Source of the DNA: Candidatus Saccharimonadota bacterium | GTDB taxonomy: Bacteria > Patescibacteriota > Saccharimonadia > Saccharimonadales > Saccharimonadaceae | Direction of reading: 5' to 3' | DNA: 32,000 nucleotides | Assembly: GCA_002421785.1 (NCBI GenBank) | Contig: DIRZ01000003.1 | Coordinates: 280,700 to 312,699 of the forward strand | In this document: positions 9,387-17,155 of the stretch, piece by piece | Layout of the letters: each line of letters begins with the position of its first letter | Numbering within the stretch: position 1 is the stretch's first letter | The notes under the pieces: generated by a model | Told to the model about the DNA's origin: nothing | The model's input: the letters and a program-made list of their open reading frames with translations, nothing else | Database searches by the model: none | Translations under genes and position numbers: made by a program

Positions 9387-9424
9387 TAGGAACCGTAAGT
9401 AATTTCATAATTTAACAGGGGTAG

Positions 9425-10726
9425 CTACAGCTCGTTACACAGCTGCTGGCAGTGTTTTTTAATGTTTTCTTCATGCCCTGCGAGGTCTTTTGCAAAATAA
9501 ATCAGACCGTCATCACCTGCGATAAAAAAGTAATAGTCTGTATCGGTCGGATTGCCGACTGCTTTAAGTGCCAATAGCCCAGGTGATGCGATGGGTCCGG
9601 GAGGCAGACCGGTATGAATTCGCGTATTATACAGGGAGTCGATATCGACAGTCGGCGCGACACCGCGCATGTCGGCAGCATAGATGAACGTCACATCCGA
9701 TCCCAGCATCCCTCCTTCGTTCAAACGCTTCAGGAAAATTTGCGCAATCGTGCGCTGGTACCCGTAGCACCGCTCCGTACGCTCTTCGGTGGGTTTGCCC
9801 TCACAGTTCAGTTCTCTTTGTACAATTGACGCTAACGTAATCGCCTCGTACATAGTAAGGCCTTGGTCGGCAAATTTCTGCGGCAGACCATTTGCCTGCA
9901 AGTCCTTATACATTTGATCAAACGTCGTTTGAAGCACTTGCTCTGCGGTCGCATCGGTATCGACGTAGTAGGTTTCACCGTATACATATCCTTCGAGACC
10001 CGTACCGGCTGGCTTCGCGTCGAACAAAGGCCCTTCATATGTTTTACTCAGTGCTGCCGTAATTTGCGCATCGCTAAACCCAGCTTCGCGAAGACGATAT
10101 TTTATATACATCGTCTGGTCGAGCTGTGCATGAACTGGTTTATAGAGTGGTTTTTCGATGGTAGCACCAGGGTAAAAAGTAATTGGCTTAAACTCATTAC
10201 ACCCCTGCGATAAAATGGATAAAATTTCTGCAACAGATTGCGAGGCCTTAACGATGCACGTCCCCTCTTTCAATCCCCCGCTCGATCCTGCAAGCTGAGC
10301 ATAGATTTGAAAGGCCAGCTTATCTTTAATGATTCCCTTGTTCTGCAGACTCTCCGCGACGTACCCTACCGAAACACCCGAAGTAATCACGACTTTGTAC
10401 TCTGTTGGGTCATTGGCATTTCGCGGTGAGAGGTTTGTCTGATACCATAGAACTCCCATTACACCCAGTGCCAGGATAACGCCGGCAACGATAGCCAAAA
10501 ACCTCTTCACCATCGAGCCCTTTTTGCGCGGCGGCGCCAGTGCCTCGGTGCTCAGACTTTGTGGCGCGGAAGGTTGAACCACGGGCGACCGCTGACTCGT
10601 CACTTCGGCGTGCGAAGCAGCCACGGCCGGAATACGTGCTTCATCGAGCCCGACAGGTCGAGGCAATGTACGATGTGGTTCGAGAGTGGGACGAACCTGT
10701 TGCGGTCGTCGTTTAAACCCGTCCAT
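9425..10726 (-). CDS. mltG: Endolytic murein transglycosylase MltG (YceG family) with a long disordered cytoplasmic N-terminus
   Basis: 433 aa. TM FLAIVAGVILALGVMGVLWY. YceG motifs ITLASIVQRE and GLPPGPIASPG. SD GGAG lies 7 nt upstream. Confidence 0.9.
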   Translation of the reverse strand: MDGFKRRPQQVRPTLEPHRTLPRPVGLDEARIPAVAASHAEVTSQRSPVVQPSAPQSLSTEALAPPRKKGSMVKRFLAIVAGVILALGVMGVLWYQTNLSPRNANDPTEYKVVITSGVSVGYVAESLQNKGIIKDKLAFQIYAQLAGSSGGLKEGTCIVKASQSVAEILSILSQGCNEFKPITFYPGATIEKPLYKPVHAQLDQTMYIKYRLREAGFSDAQITAALSKTYEGPLFDAKPAGTGLEGYVYGETYYVDTDATAEQVLQTTFDQMYKDLQANGLPQKFADQGLTMYEAITLASIVQRELNCEGKPTEERTERCYGYQRTIAQIFLKRLNEGGMLGSDVTFIYAADMRGVAPTVDIDSLYNTRIHTGLPPGPIASPGLLALKAVGNPTDTDYYFFIAGDDGLIYFAKDLAGHEENIKKHCQQLCNEL

Positions 10727-11129
10727 AATGAAGCTCCAAATAATCTTGCAATATCAGGCTTGCCGCCACAGCATCAATATCGCCCTTGCTATATGGTTTC
10801 CGCTGCGCTTTTAGCAACTCTTCTGCTCGGACGCTCGTAACTGACTCATCCTGAAATTCAACAGTAATGCCAAGGGTAGCAAGCTGCTCAACAAAGTGTT
10901 CAACATATGCCGTTTGTTTCGTTGCTTCACCCGACTGATTGCGTGGATAGCCAACTACTAGTATTTCGGCACGTTCCTGATCCATGATTTTTTGGATTTG
11001 CTGGAACTCCGTACCATCGACGAGCAACGTACTATGCGCAACAGCAATACGCACCGATGTATCAGCTCGTGCCACCCCGATGCGCTTTTCGCCAACGTCG
11101 AGCGCAATAAGTGACTGACTATGAGCCAT
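10713..11129 (-). CDS. ruvX: Putative pre-16S rRNA nuclease / Holliday junction resolvase-like YqgF
   Basis: 138 aa. N-terminal IALDVGEKRIGVARAD and the YqgF-type motif SGEATKQT..DESVTS. Overlaps mltG by 14 nt and the upstream gene by 11 nt. Confidence 0.88.
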   Translation of the reverse strand: MAHSQSLIALDVGEKRIGVARADTSVRIAVAHSTLLVDGTEFQQIQKIMDQERAEILVVGYPRNQSGEATKQTAYVEHFVEQLATLGITVEFQDESVTSVRAEELLKAQRKPYSKGDIDAVAASLILQDYLELHYGRV

Positions 11130-12762
11130 TTACCTTAAACTCAACCGTAATCTTCTTGGTGTCATTCGGCGCGCTACTCACCCAAAATGGCGAGAACTTA
11201 ACATCAACGCTATCGACGCCGTTAATTTCATCCACGTATGACTGGATTTCACCATAGCGCTTGCCTTTTGTATACTCTTTCAGCGCAACTTCGTCGATTT
11301 TCGGCCCAATTTTACCATTTGTCGTAATATTAGCGCCCATACCGCCACCTTCTATGGCAGAGACGTTAGTGAACGAAACGGTCGACAGGCCGTTCGAATA
11401 GGTCTTCTGGTCAGTTTTGCCGTCAATTTGCTGCGCAAAGTAAGAATCGAGGTACTTACCAACCTCTGACTTCGGCAAGCCGACAAGAGTATACGTGACA
11501 CTGCCAGTGAGCGCGCCCTTGCCATCTGGAGCCTCAGCGTCAACTGCCGGGGTAGGCTTCACGCCCGCAGAATCAGCCTTGAACGATGCGTCAAGAATAA
11601 TATATCCCGCACCAAACTGAGCGAGGAGCTCTTTTTTAGCCGCCTCTGACACGCCCGCCTTACTGACGTCACCAGACACCTTGTCAACATCTGCCTGCGT
11701 CACGACGACTACCGTTTTGTCCGTACCACCAGTCGTTGCCGATACGAGCGACGCCGATACATCCGACCCCACGCCAGTCACCGCACCCGTCACACCGTTA
11801 TACCTTGTGCCGCCTTCAACAGCGACAATCGTGCCTGTGGCAGTACCAGCTGAGCAGCTGCTCGGACGGCTACATGTGCCTTTTGGAACAGTCACCGGTG
11901 ATGTCAGTGTGAAGTTAAATCCGCCCGCACTCACCGTACCGCTCACGACGACAGGGTCGAATGAGTCATTGGAAAAGCGTACTGAACCGGTGGCTTTTTC
12001 TCCCACATCCTTACTGCCGGTAGCGGTAAATGGCACTGAAACCTCTTTTTTGACCGTTTTAGTCAGTGACTTTATGGTTCCAGCTTTCAAATCAGTCGCC
12101 AATGCATCACCAGTCGTAACCTTGCTGGAAAGCGCCGCGTCTGTCGTGCGCGCAGTAATAATCACCCTGGCTTGTGGAGCAAACACAAGAGCCCACACTA
12201 AGCCACCAATTAGTAGTACGCCGGCAGCAATCGCGATAAAAAGTCGCTTACGAAAAACATCAAAATCGGGCACCTTTACTTTACTTCGCAGGGTTGTCGT
12301 CGCTACACCGCGAGCCCCTGCGGTCGTCCGAAGCTTGGGTCCGCCCGTTGCAGACACCGCAGCAGCGCCAACTGCAGGCGCAATCGTATCGTCTACGGAC
12401 CCACCAGCCATCGCTACATGGTCACCAATTGGCAGTTCAGCACCATCGATTACATCATCTCCTTCATCAAGCTCAAGTGCTGGGATTTCGGCCAGCTCTG
12501 GCTTGCTCTGAAGGTTTTTTGAGACAGGGATACCCGCTGAGCCAGCAAGCGCAATCAGAGCGGCGTTATTACTGATAATCACCAAACGCTTATCGGCAGT
12601 TTCCGCTGCACGGTGGACTAGCTTCAGATTAACCGCACTCTGAATAGCACCGATGCGCTTTGGCGGCACCAGAGCTACAATTTTATGCTGAGCAGCCTTA
12701 ACCTTACCGATTATCGCGGTAATATCGTCTTCGACATCGATATATATAACGTCTTTTTGCAT
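11119..12762 (-). CDS. Hypothetical bitopic membrane protein: about 170-aa cytoplasmic domain, one TM, about 350-aa Thr/Ser/Gly/Val-rich external domain
   Basis: 547 aa. TM LFIAIAAGVLLIGGLVWALVFAP. Starts 3 nt after the ftsA stop. I recognise no family. Confidence 0.7.
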   Translation of the reverse strand: MQKDVIYIDVEDDITAIIGKVKAAQHKIVALVPPKRIGAIQSAVNLKLVHRAAETADKRLVIISNNAALIALAGSAGIPVSKNLQSKPELAEIPALELDEGDDVIDGAELPIGDHVAMAGGSVDDTIAPAVGAAAVSATGGPKLRTTAGARGVATTTLRSKVKVPDFDVFRKRLFIAIAAGVLLIGGLVWALVFAPQARVIITARTTDAALSSKVTTGDALATDLKAGTIKSLTKTVKKEVSVPFTATGSKDVGEKATGSVRFSNDSFDPVVVSGTVSAGGFNFTLTSPVTVPKGTCSRPSSCSAGTATGTIVAVEGGTRYNGVTGAVTGVGSDVSASLVSATTGGTDKTVVVVTQADVDKVSGDVSKAGVSEAAKKELLAQFGAGYIILDASFKADSAGVKPTPAVDAEAPDGKGALTGSVTYTLVGLPKSEVGKYLDSYFAQQIDGKTDQKTYSNGLSTVSFTNVSAIEGGGMGANITTNGKIGPKIDEVALKEYTKGKRYGEIQSYVDEINGVDSVDVKFSPFWVSSAPNDTKKITVEFKVNGS

Positions 12763-12765
12763 GCC

Positions 12766-14028
12766 CTATATTCGTAACATTCGGTTAAGTTTGTCCTTGA
12801 TGGAATCGCCGTCGCTTGTTCCTATCATTGTATCATAGCCAACCCTGAGCAGTCCCATGGCGGTAATGTAGGTATGGTCGCTCGCTTTCCCTGTTGCGTC
12901 ATGGATGCCCATCACATCGCTCGGTCGAATATGTGTTACGGTAGGGCGCTTCGTAAAGGGAAGGTCTTTGTACCACTCACGTTTTTCGAGGGCTTGAACC
13001 AGCATCTTTAGACTGGCACCACCACCACACAGCAATATGCGCGGCGGCAAATGATCAACACTGTCGAATTCACCAAGCGCCAATTCGACGCCAGCCAGCC
13101 ATACATCAAGCGTTTTTTCCATGGCTTTCGTCGCGTCTTTTTTGACCGACTCCTTCACTTGTTCTTTATCAATGTTAACCTTCAGCTTTTCCGCATCGCT
13201 GTAGCCAATATTCATTTCGCTTGCGATGGTGTTCGTAAAACTTCGACCGCCAATCCCAAACATCTTCGTGCCTTCGACGCCACCGTCATTTACGACTGCG
13301 ATATCTGTGGTGCCGCCACCCACGTCCGCAAGGATAGCAGTGAGTGAACTATTCGTATCTGTACCAAGCACGCTTCTGCTCACCGCGAAGGGCTCTGCAG
13401 CCACCGCGACCAGCTCAAGCGCCAGCTCATCGGCGACGCGCTCCAAAGCACCAATGTGTACCATAGGGGCAAATGCAGTGTATATCTGTACGGCCACGTC
13501 TTTACCCTGAAAGCCAATGGGGTTATTAATCTTGTATCCATCAATATGAATACTTACCAGCGCACTATTCACTAGCTTTACTTCAACGTCCTCGTTGCCC
13601 GTTTCAAGCGCAATCTGCTTTTGGGCTTTCGTCGCGGCCCTGTCCTGCACTTTTTCGATGATAAATTCCATTTCTGATTCGTCGAGTGGACGATCGGGCT
13701 GCGGCCGTCGGTAGCGAATGGTGTGGGTAACGCCCTTTACGAGCTCACCTGCAATACCAATCACACAGCGCTTCGCCTGGAGCCCCGCCTGCTCTTCTGC
13801 CTCGCTCAACGCGGCTTCGCAGTTACGCACTACGCCGGCAATGTCGGCGATTGCGCCCTGGTGCATGTCACCAAGTTCCTGGTGCGCTCTCCCAACGCCC
13901 TTAATCTCGATTGTGTCGCCCTTCACGTGCGCCACAAGTGCTTTTACATATTCAGTACCGATATCAAGTCCAACCAGATATTCAGGCTCTGCCGAATGTG
14001 TCTTCTTCAAGAATTTATTGAAAACCAT
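12766..14028 (-). CDS. ftsA: Cell division protein FtsA (actin-like ATPase)
   Basis: 420 aa, collinear with E. coli FtsA. Phosphate-1 VGLDIGTEYVKALV and phosphate-2 ADVGGGTTDIAVV, then SDAEKLKV, LLCGGGASL and a C-terminal amphipathic helix IKDKLNRMLRI. Confidence 0.85.
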   Translation of the reverse strand: MVFNKFLKKTHSAEPEYLVGLDIGTEYVKALVAHVKGDTIEIKGVGRAHQELGDMHQGAIADIAGVVRNCEAALSEAEEQAGLQAKRCVIGIAGELVKGVTHTIRYRRPQPDRPLDESEMEFIIEKVQDRAATKAQKQIALETGNEDVEVKLVNSALVSIHIDGYKINNPIGFQGKDVAVQIYTAFAPMVHIGALERVADELALELVAVAAEPFAVSRSVLGTDTNSSLTAILADVGGGTTDIAVVNDGGVEGTKMFGIGGRSFTNTIASEMNIGYSDAEKLKVNIDKEQVKESVKKDATKAMEKTLDVWLAGVELALGEFDSVDHLPPRILLCGGGASLKMLVQALEKREWYKDLPFTKRPTVTHIRPSDVMGIHDATGKASDHTYITAMGLLRVGYDTMIGTSDGDSIKDKLNRMLRI

Positions 14029-14038
14029 AGATATTTGT

Positions 14039-14044
14039 ATTATA
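14039..14044 (-). promoter_or_regulatory. -10 box TATAAT for ftsA, 10 nt from the ATG
   Basis: The minus strand reads TATAAT-acaaatatct-ATG. There is no SD and only a weak -35. Confidence 0.45.
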
Positions 14045-14080
14045 CAACAAAGCCGCTTGTGTTAACACCTCGCATAGTGC

Positions 14081-14109
14081 TTGCAATTTTATATAATTTA
14101 TGCTATAAT
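14081..14109 (+). promoter_or_regulatory. Near-consensus sigma70 promoter for the 278-aa orphan gene
   Basis: TTGCAA (14081-14086), a 17-nt spacer, then TGcTATAAT (14101-14109). ATG 14119 is only 9 nt downstream. Confidence 0.7.
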
Positions 14110-14118
14110 CATAAGATT

Positions 14119-14955
14119 ATGACACATAATCATGATCCATTCAAGAATCCTGACTCTGATTCATCTGACTTAGACAAGATTGAAGATACTCCATTTGAAC
14201 GCCTTAACGGTGTTATGCAGACGGCCATCGATAAACTCGATTTGTACCAAGTTGAACCCAATTCTTTCACGCACGATACACAGCGCATTCCGTTCGGTCG
14301 TTCTGGCGACGGCTCCCTCGCAACTTCTATGACCGTCGACGAGGGCTATCTGTCTGGCATTGTTAGTTTTATCGCCCCCAAAGGTTCAGATACTCGTGAC
14401 TCATTCATCCTGCGCCGCGATATTGGTGACGCAGCCTGGCATACACCGTCCAACCGCATCGCCACGAATGCCGGCCTTGCCCGACGCCTTGATGCCAACT
14501 GGCCATCACAAATCGATAACTCTGTCATACGCCAGGCATCCCAAGATGAAGACGTTACTCTAGAGACAATATTTCAGATTATTGAAAAAGACCTAGCGCC
14601 TCATGCGCCATATTTTACGGTGGAAAAAATTTATGCGTATAGCAATATTCAGGTGAATGGCGAGACAGGAGCATGTAGCACCCTTTCCGAAGTCCATCTT
14701 GCAACAGAAACCGACCATGATGGATTCCGTACCGTCACCGTTCAAACAAAGGTAGCAGATCAGATGGACGGGCTTGCTACGGCAGTATATTGTCGCGCCA
14801 CATCGGACCAAATGGGCGACGTATTCCTAAGCGCCTGGTATGATCACCCCGAAACTGGCAAGCGAGTCGATAAACCTATCCACGATAGCGACAGAGTTGC
14901 CGCGGAGCTGGAGGGAATGATTAACCTGTTGCTCGAAGAGAAACTTGCCGCCTAG
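14119..14955 (+). CDS. Hypothetical cytoplasmic protein, 278 aa, no recognisable family
   Basis: I chose the start MTHNHDPF at 14119, immediately after the promoter. The ORF-track extension back to 13723 is antisense to ftsA. There is no TM or signal peptide. TAG stop overlaps the alaS stop (CTAG). Confidence 0.6.
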   Translation: MTHNHDPFKNPDSDSSDLDKIEDTPFERLNGVMQTAIDKLDLYQVEPNSFTHDTQRIPFGRSGDGSLATSMTVDEGYLSGIVSFIAPKGSDTRDSFILRRDIGDAAWHTPSNRIATNAGLARRLDANWPSQIDNSVIRQASQDEDVTLETIFQIIEKDLAPHAPYFTVEKIYAYSNIQVNGETGACSTLSEVHLATETDHDGFRTVTVQTKVADQMDGLATAVYCRATSDQMGDVFLSAWYDHPETGKRVDKPIHDSDRVAAELEGMINLLLEEKLAA

Positions 14956-16832
14956 CGCAACACTGCTTTGATTCGGCGAATACCTGCACTGCTGGCTTCT
15001 TCTTTGGTAATAACAAATCGCTTGCCGCCATCTCCTAGCTGGCCAGTGTGTTCTACATGGGGACCACCGCAGATTTCCATACTAAATGGTTGCTCAGGGT
15101 TACCCGCCGTATACACCTTTACGGTATCGCCGTATTTATCGCCAAAGGCACCCAGCGCACCCCGAGCAAATGCTTCGTCTGTTGGGTACTCTTGCCATGC
15201 CATTGGATAGTCTGCAATAATCGCGTCATTCACAATGGTTTCTACCTGGGCAATTTGCTCGGGTGTCATCTTTTCGGTATGGCTAAAGTCAAATCGTAAA
15301 CGCTCGGTCGTAATGTTGCTGCCACGTTGAATCACGTGGTCGCCCAGTACTGTGCGCAGTGCTTTGTAGAGTAAGTGGGTACCAGTATGATACTTCAAGT
15401 GGATGTCATCATGACCCTCAAGTCCGCCCTTGAACGTCCCTTTTTGGGCTGTCTGGCTTCGCTCGCGCTGCTCTTTCATCTTGGCGTCAAACTCTTCGCG
15501 CCAATTGTCGGACAGTTGAATTGATTGCTTATACGCTTCTTCAGCACTCAACTCTACAGGGAATCCAAACGTATCGTAGAGTGTAAACAATTCAGCCCCG
15601 GTCAGGCCGTTTGCAGCGTATTTTTGCAGTTGTTTGATGCCGTTTCGAAGCGTCTGGCGGAATACCTTTTCTTCCTTCACGAGTGTCGCAATCACCTGTT
15701 CGCGCTGTTCTTTGACCTCTGGAAAGTCTGCTTCGTACATATCGGCAATCACTGGTACTACCTCTTCTAGGAAGTTCTGTTCGACGCCGAGGTCAAAACT
15801 ATAGCGGATGGCACGGCGAAGCAAACGACGCATCACGTAGCCCTGCTCTTTGTTGCTCGGCACACAGCCATCAACCGCCAAAAACGTCGCTGCACGCAGG
15901 TGGTCCGCGATAACACGCATGCTTTCAGTGTGGCTTTCGTACTTTTTGCCGCTAATAAGCTGTAGTTTTTCAATAATCGGCCACATCAGGCTAATTTTAA
16001 ATACGTCCGGGTCGTTCAGCTGCGCGGCAGCAATTCGCTCGAGTCCAGACCCATGGTCAATGTTCGGCTTTTCGAGCGGTTCAAACTTACCATCGCCGAC
16101 CTTTTTGTATGCCATGAAGACGTTATTGCCGATTTCCATAAAGCGCCCACAGTCGCAGTTTGGGTGACAATGCTCGCCAAACTCGGGGTTGTGAGGAATA
16201 TCAAATTGGTAGAACATCTCACTGTCGGGGCCACAAGGATCGCCGACTGGCGTGTTCTCGGGTGCGCCATTGCGACTCCACCAGTTTTTGCTACCGTCGT
16301 AGTAGAAGATGCGTTCGCCCTCTTTGATACCACGGGCGTACCCTTCAGCTTCGCTGCCGATATCGGCCTGGCCGTTGCTCAGCTGCTTGGTTGCAAATAG
16401 TCGTGCCCATACCTCTGCCGCTTCGGTATCTCTAGGGATGCCATATTCGGGTGCGCCAATGTAGCACGTCACATACAGCCGACGCGCATCGAGCCCCACG
16501 ACTTCAGTCAAAAACTCGAACATCCATTCGATTTGCTGCTGCTTGAAGTAGTCGCCCAAACTCCAGTTACCAAGCATTTCGAAAAACGTCGTGTGGCGGT
16601 TATCGCCAATGTCGTCAATGTCCTGTGCCCGCAGGCACGTCTGGCTGTCGGCAATTCGCACGCCTTTAGGGTGACCTTCGCCAAGCAAGTAAGGGATCAT
16701 CGGCTGCATGCCGCTCCCTGTAAATAATGTCGTTGGGTCACCACTCAGCACGAGCTGGGCGCGTGGGATAATTTCGTGTCCACGGTCTTTGTAAAACTGG
16801 AGGTAGGCGTTGCGAATTTCTTGGGCGTTCAT
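14952..16832 (-). CDS. alaS: Alanine--tRNA ligase, short form (catalytic, tRNA-recognition and editing domains; no C-Ala domain)
   Basis: 626 aa. N-terminus EIRNAYLQFYKDRGHEIIP, class II core, editing-domain HxxxH motif HTGTHLLYKAL and CGGPHV. The protein ends at GIRRIKAVLR. Confidence 0.93.
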   Translation of the reverse strand: MNAQEIRNAYLQFYKDRGHEIIPRAQLVLSGDPTTLFTGSGMQPMIPYLLGEGHPKGVRIADSQTCLRAQDIDDIGDNRHTTFFEMLGNWSLGDYFKQQQIEWMFEFLTEVVGLDARRLYVTCYIGAPEYGIPRDTEAAEVWARLFATKQLSNGQADIGSEAEGYARGIKEGERIFYYDGSKNWWSRNGAPENTPVGDPCGPDSEMFYQFDIPHNPEFGEHCHPNCDCGRFMEIGNNVFMAYKKVGDGKFEPLEKPNIDHGSGLERIAAAQLNDPDVFKISLMWPIIEKLQLISGKKYESHTESMRVIADHLRAATFLAVDGCVPSNKEQGYVMRRLLRRAIRYSFDLGVEQNFLEEVVPVIADMYEADFPEVKEQREQVIATLVKEEKVFRQTLRNGIKQLQKYAANGLTGAELFTLYDTFGFPVELSAEEAYKQSIQLSDNWREEFDAKMKEQRERSQTAQKGTFKGGLEGHDDIHLKYHTGTHLLYKALRTVLGDHVIQRGSNITTERLRFDFSHTEKMTPEQIAQVETIVNDAIIADYPMAWQEYPTDEAFARGALGAFGDKYGDTVKVYTAGNPEQPFSMEICGGPHVEHTGQLGDGGKRFVITKEEASSAGIRRIKAVLR

Positions 16833-16840
16833 AACTGTTA

Positions 16841-16869
16841 ATTATACCTTTGTTTGAGCTAATTGACAA
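16841..16869 (-). promoter_or_regulatory. Sigma70 promoter for alaS, 8 nt from the ATG
   Basis: The minus strand reads TTGTCA (16869-16864), a 17-nt spacer, then TATAAT (16846-16841), then taacagtt-ATG. Its -35 overlaps the -35 of the divergent promoter by 5 bp. Confidence 0.65.
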
Positions 16870-16891
16870 ACCATGGTTGTTAGTCTATAGT
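16863..16891 (+). promoter_or_regulatory. Sigma70 promoter for the 84-aa/136-aa ORF pair, 9 nt from the ATG
   Basis: TTGACA (16863-16868), a 17-nt spacer, then TATAGT (16886-16891), then tacgtcact-ATG 16901. Confidence 0.65.
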
Positions 16892-16900
16892 TACGTCACT

Positions 16901-17155
16901 ATGTCATATGAAGACCGAATGCTTGCACGCTCAGAACGCGATAACCAGATTGCCCTAGAGAAGCTACGTGAACAGCGAGATGCCATGACACTCGCACAGC
17001 GAATCCGCCACCTTGGCACGGCTGTCGATTTAAGCAACAAAATTGCACGGCTAGAGGGCATGATCCGTGAACGTCGCCGAATGTATGGCGACTTTCCTCC
17101 CTACCAGGAAACGTATTTTCCCGATAACGAGGCAAGAGATACGACAGATGAATAG
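16901..17155 (+). CDS. Hypothetical 84-aa charged, helical (coiled-coil-like) protein
   Basis: I chose the start MSYEDRML directly downstream of the promoter; the ORF-track TTG start at 16850 lies upstream of it. Composition is protein-like, whereas the 209-aa antisense ORF is Cys/Arg/Leu-rich and junk-like. Confidence 0.5.
   Translation: MSYEDRMLARSERDNQIALEKLREQRDAMTLAQRIRHLGTAVDLSNKIARLEGMIRERRRMYGDFPPYQETYFPDNEARDTTDE

Noticed and set aside
11681-12511. A 276-aa plus-strand ORF, and other long antisense ORFs such as 22616-23320, 16899-17528, 17341-17877, 29121-29525 and 30191-30810.
   Set aside because: All lie fully antisense to confidently identified or better-supported genes. They have junk-like or mirror low-complexity composition (Ser/Thr/Pro/Ala runs, Cys/Arg-rich stretches) and no promoter or SD context. 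They are a typical by-product of third-position GC-rich codons on the opposite strand.
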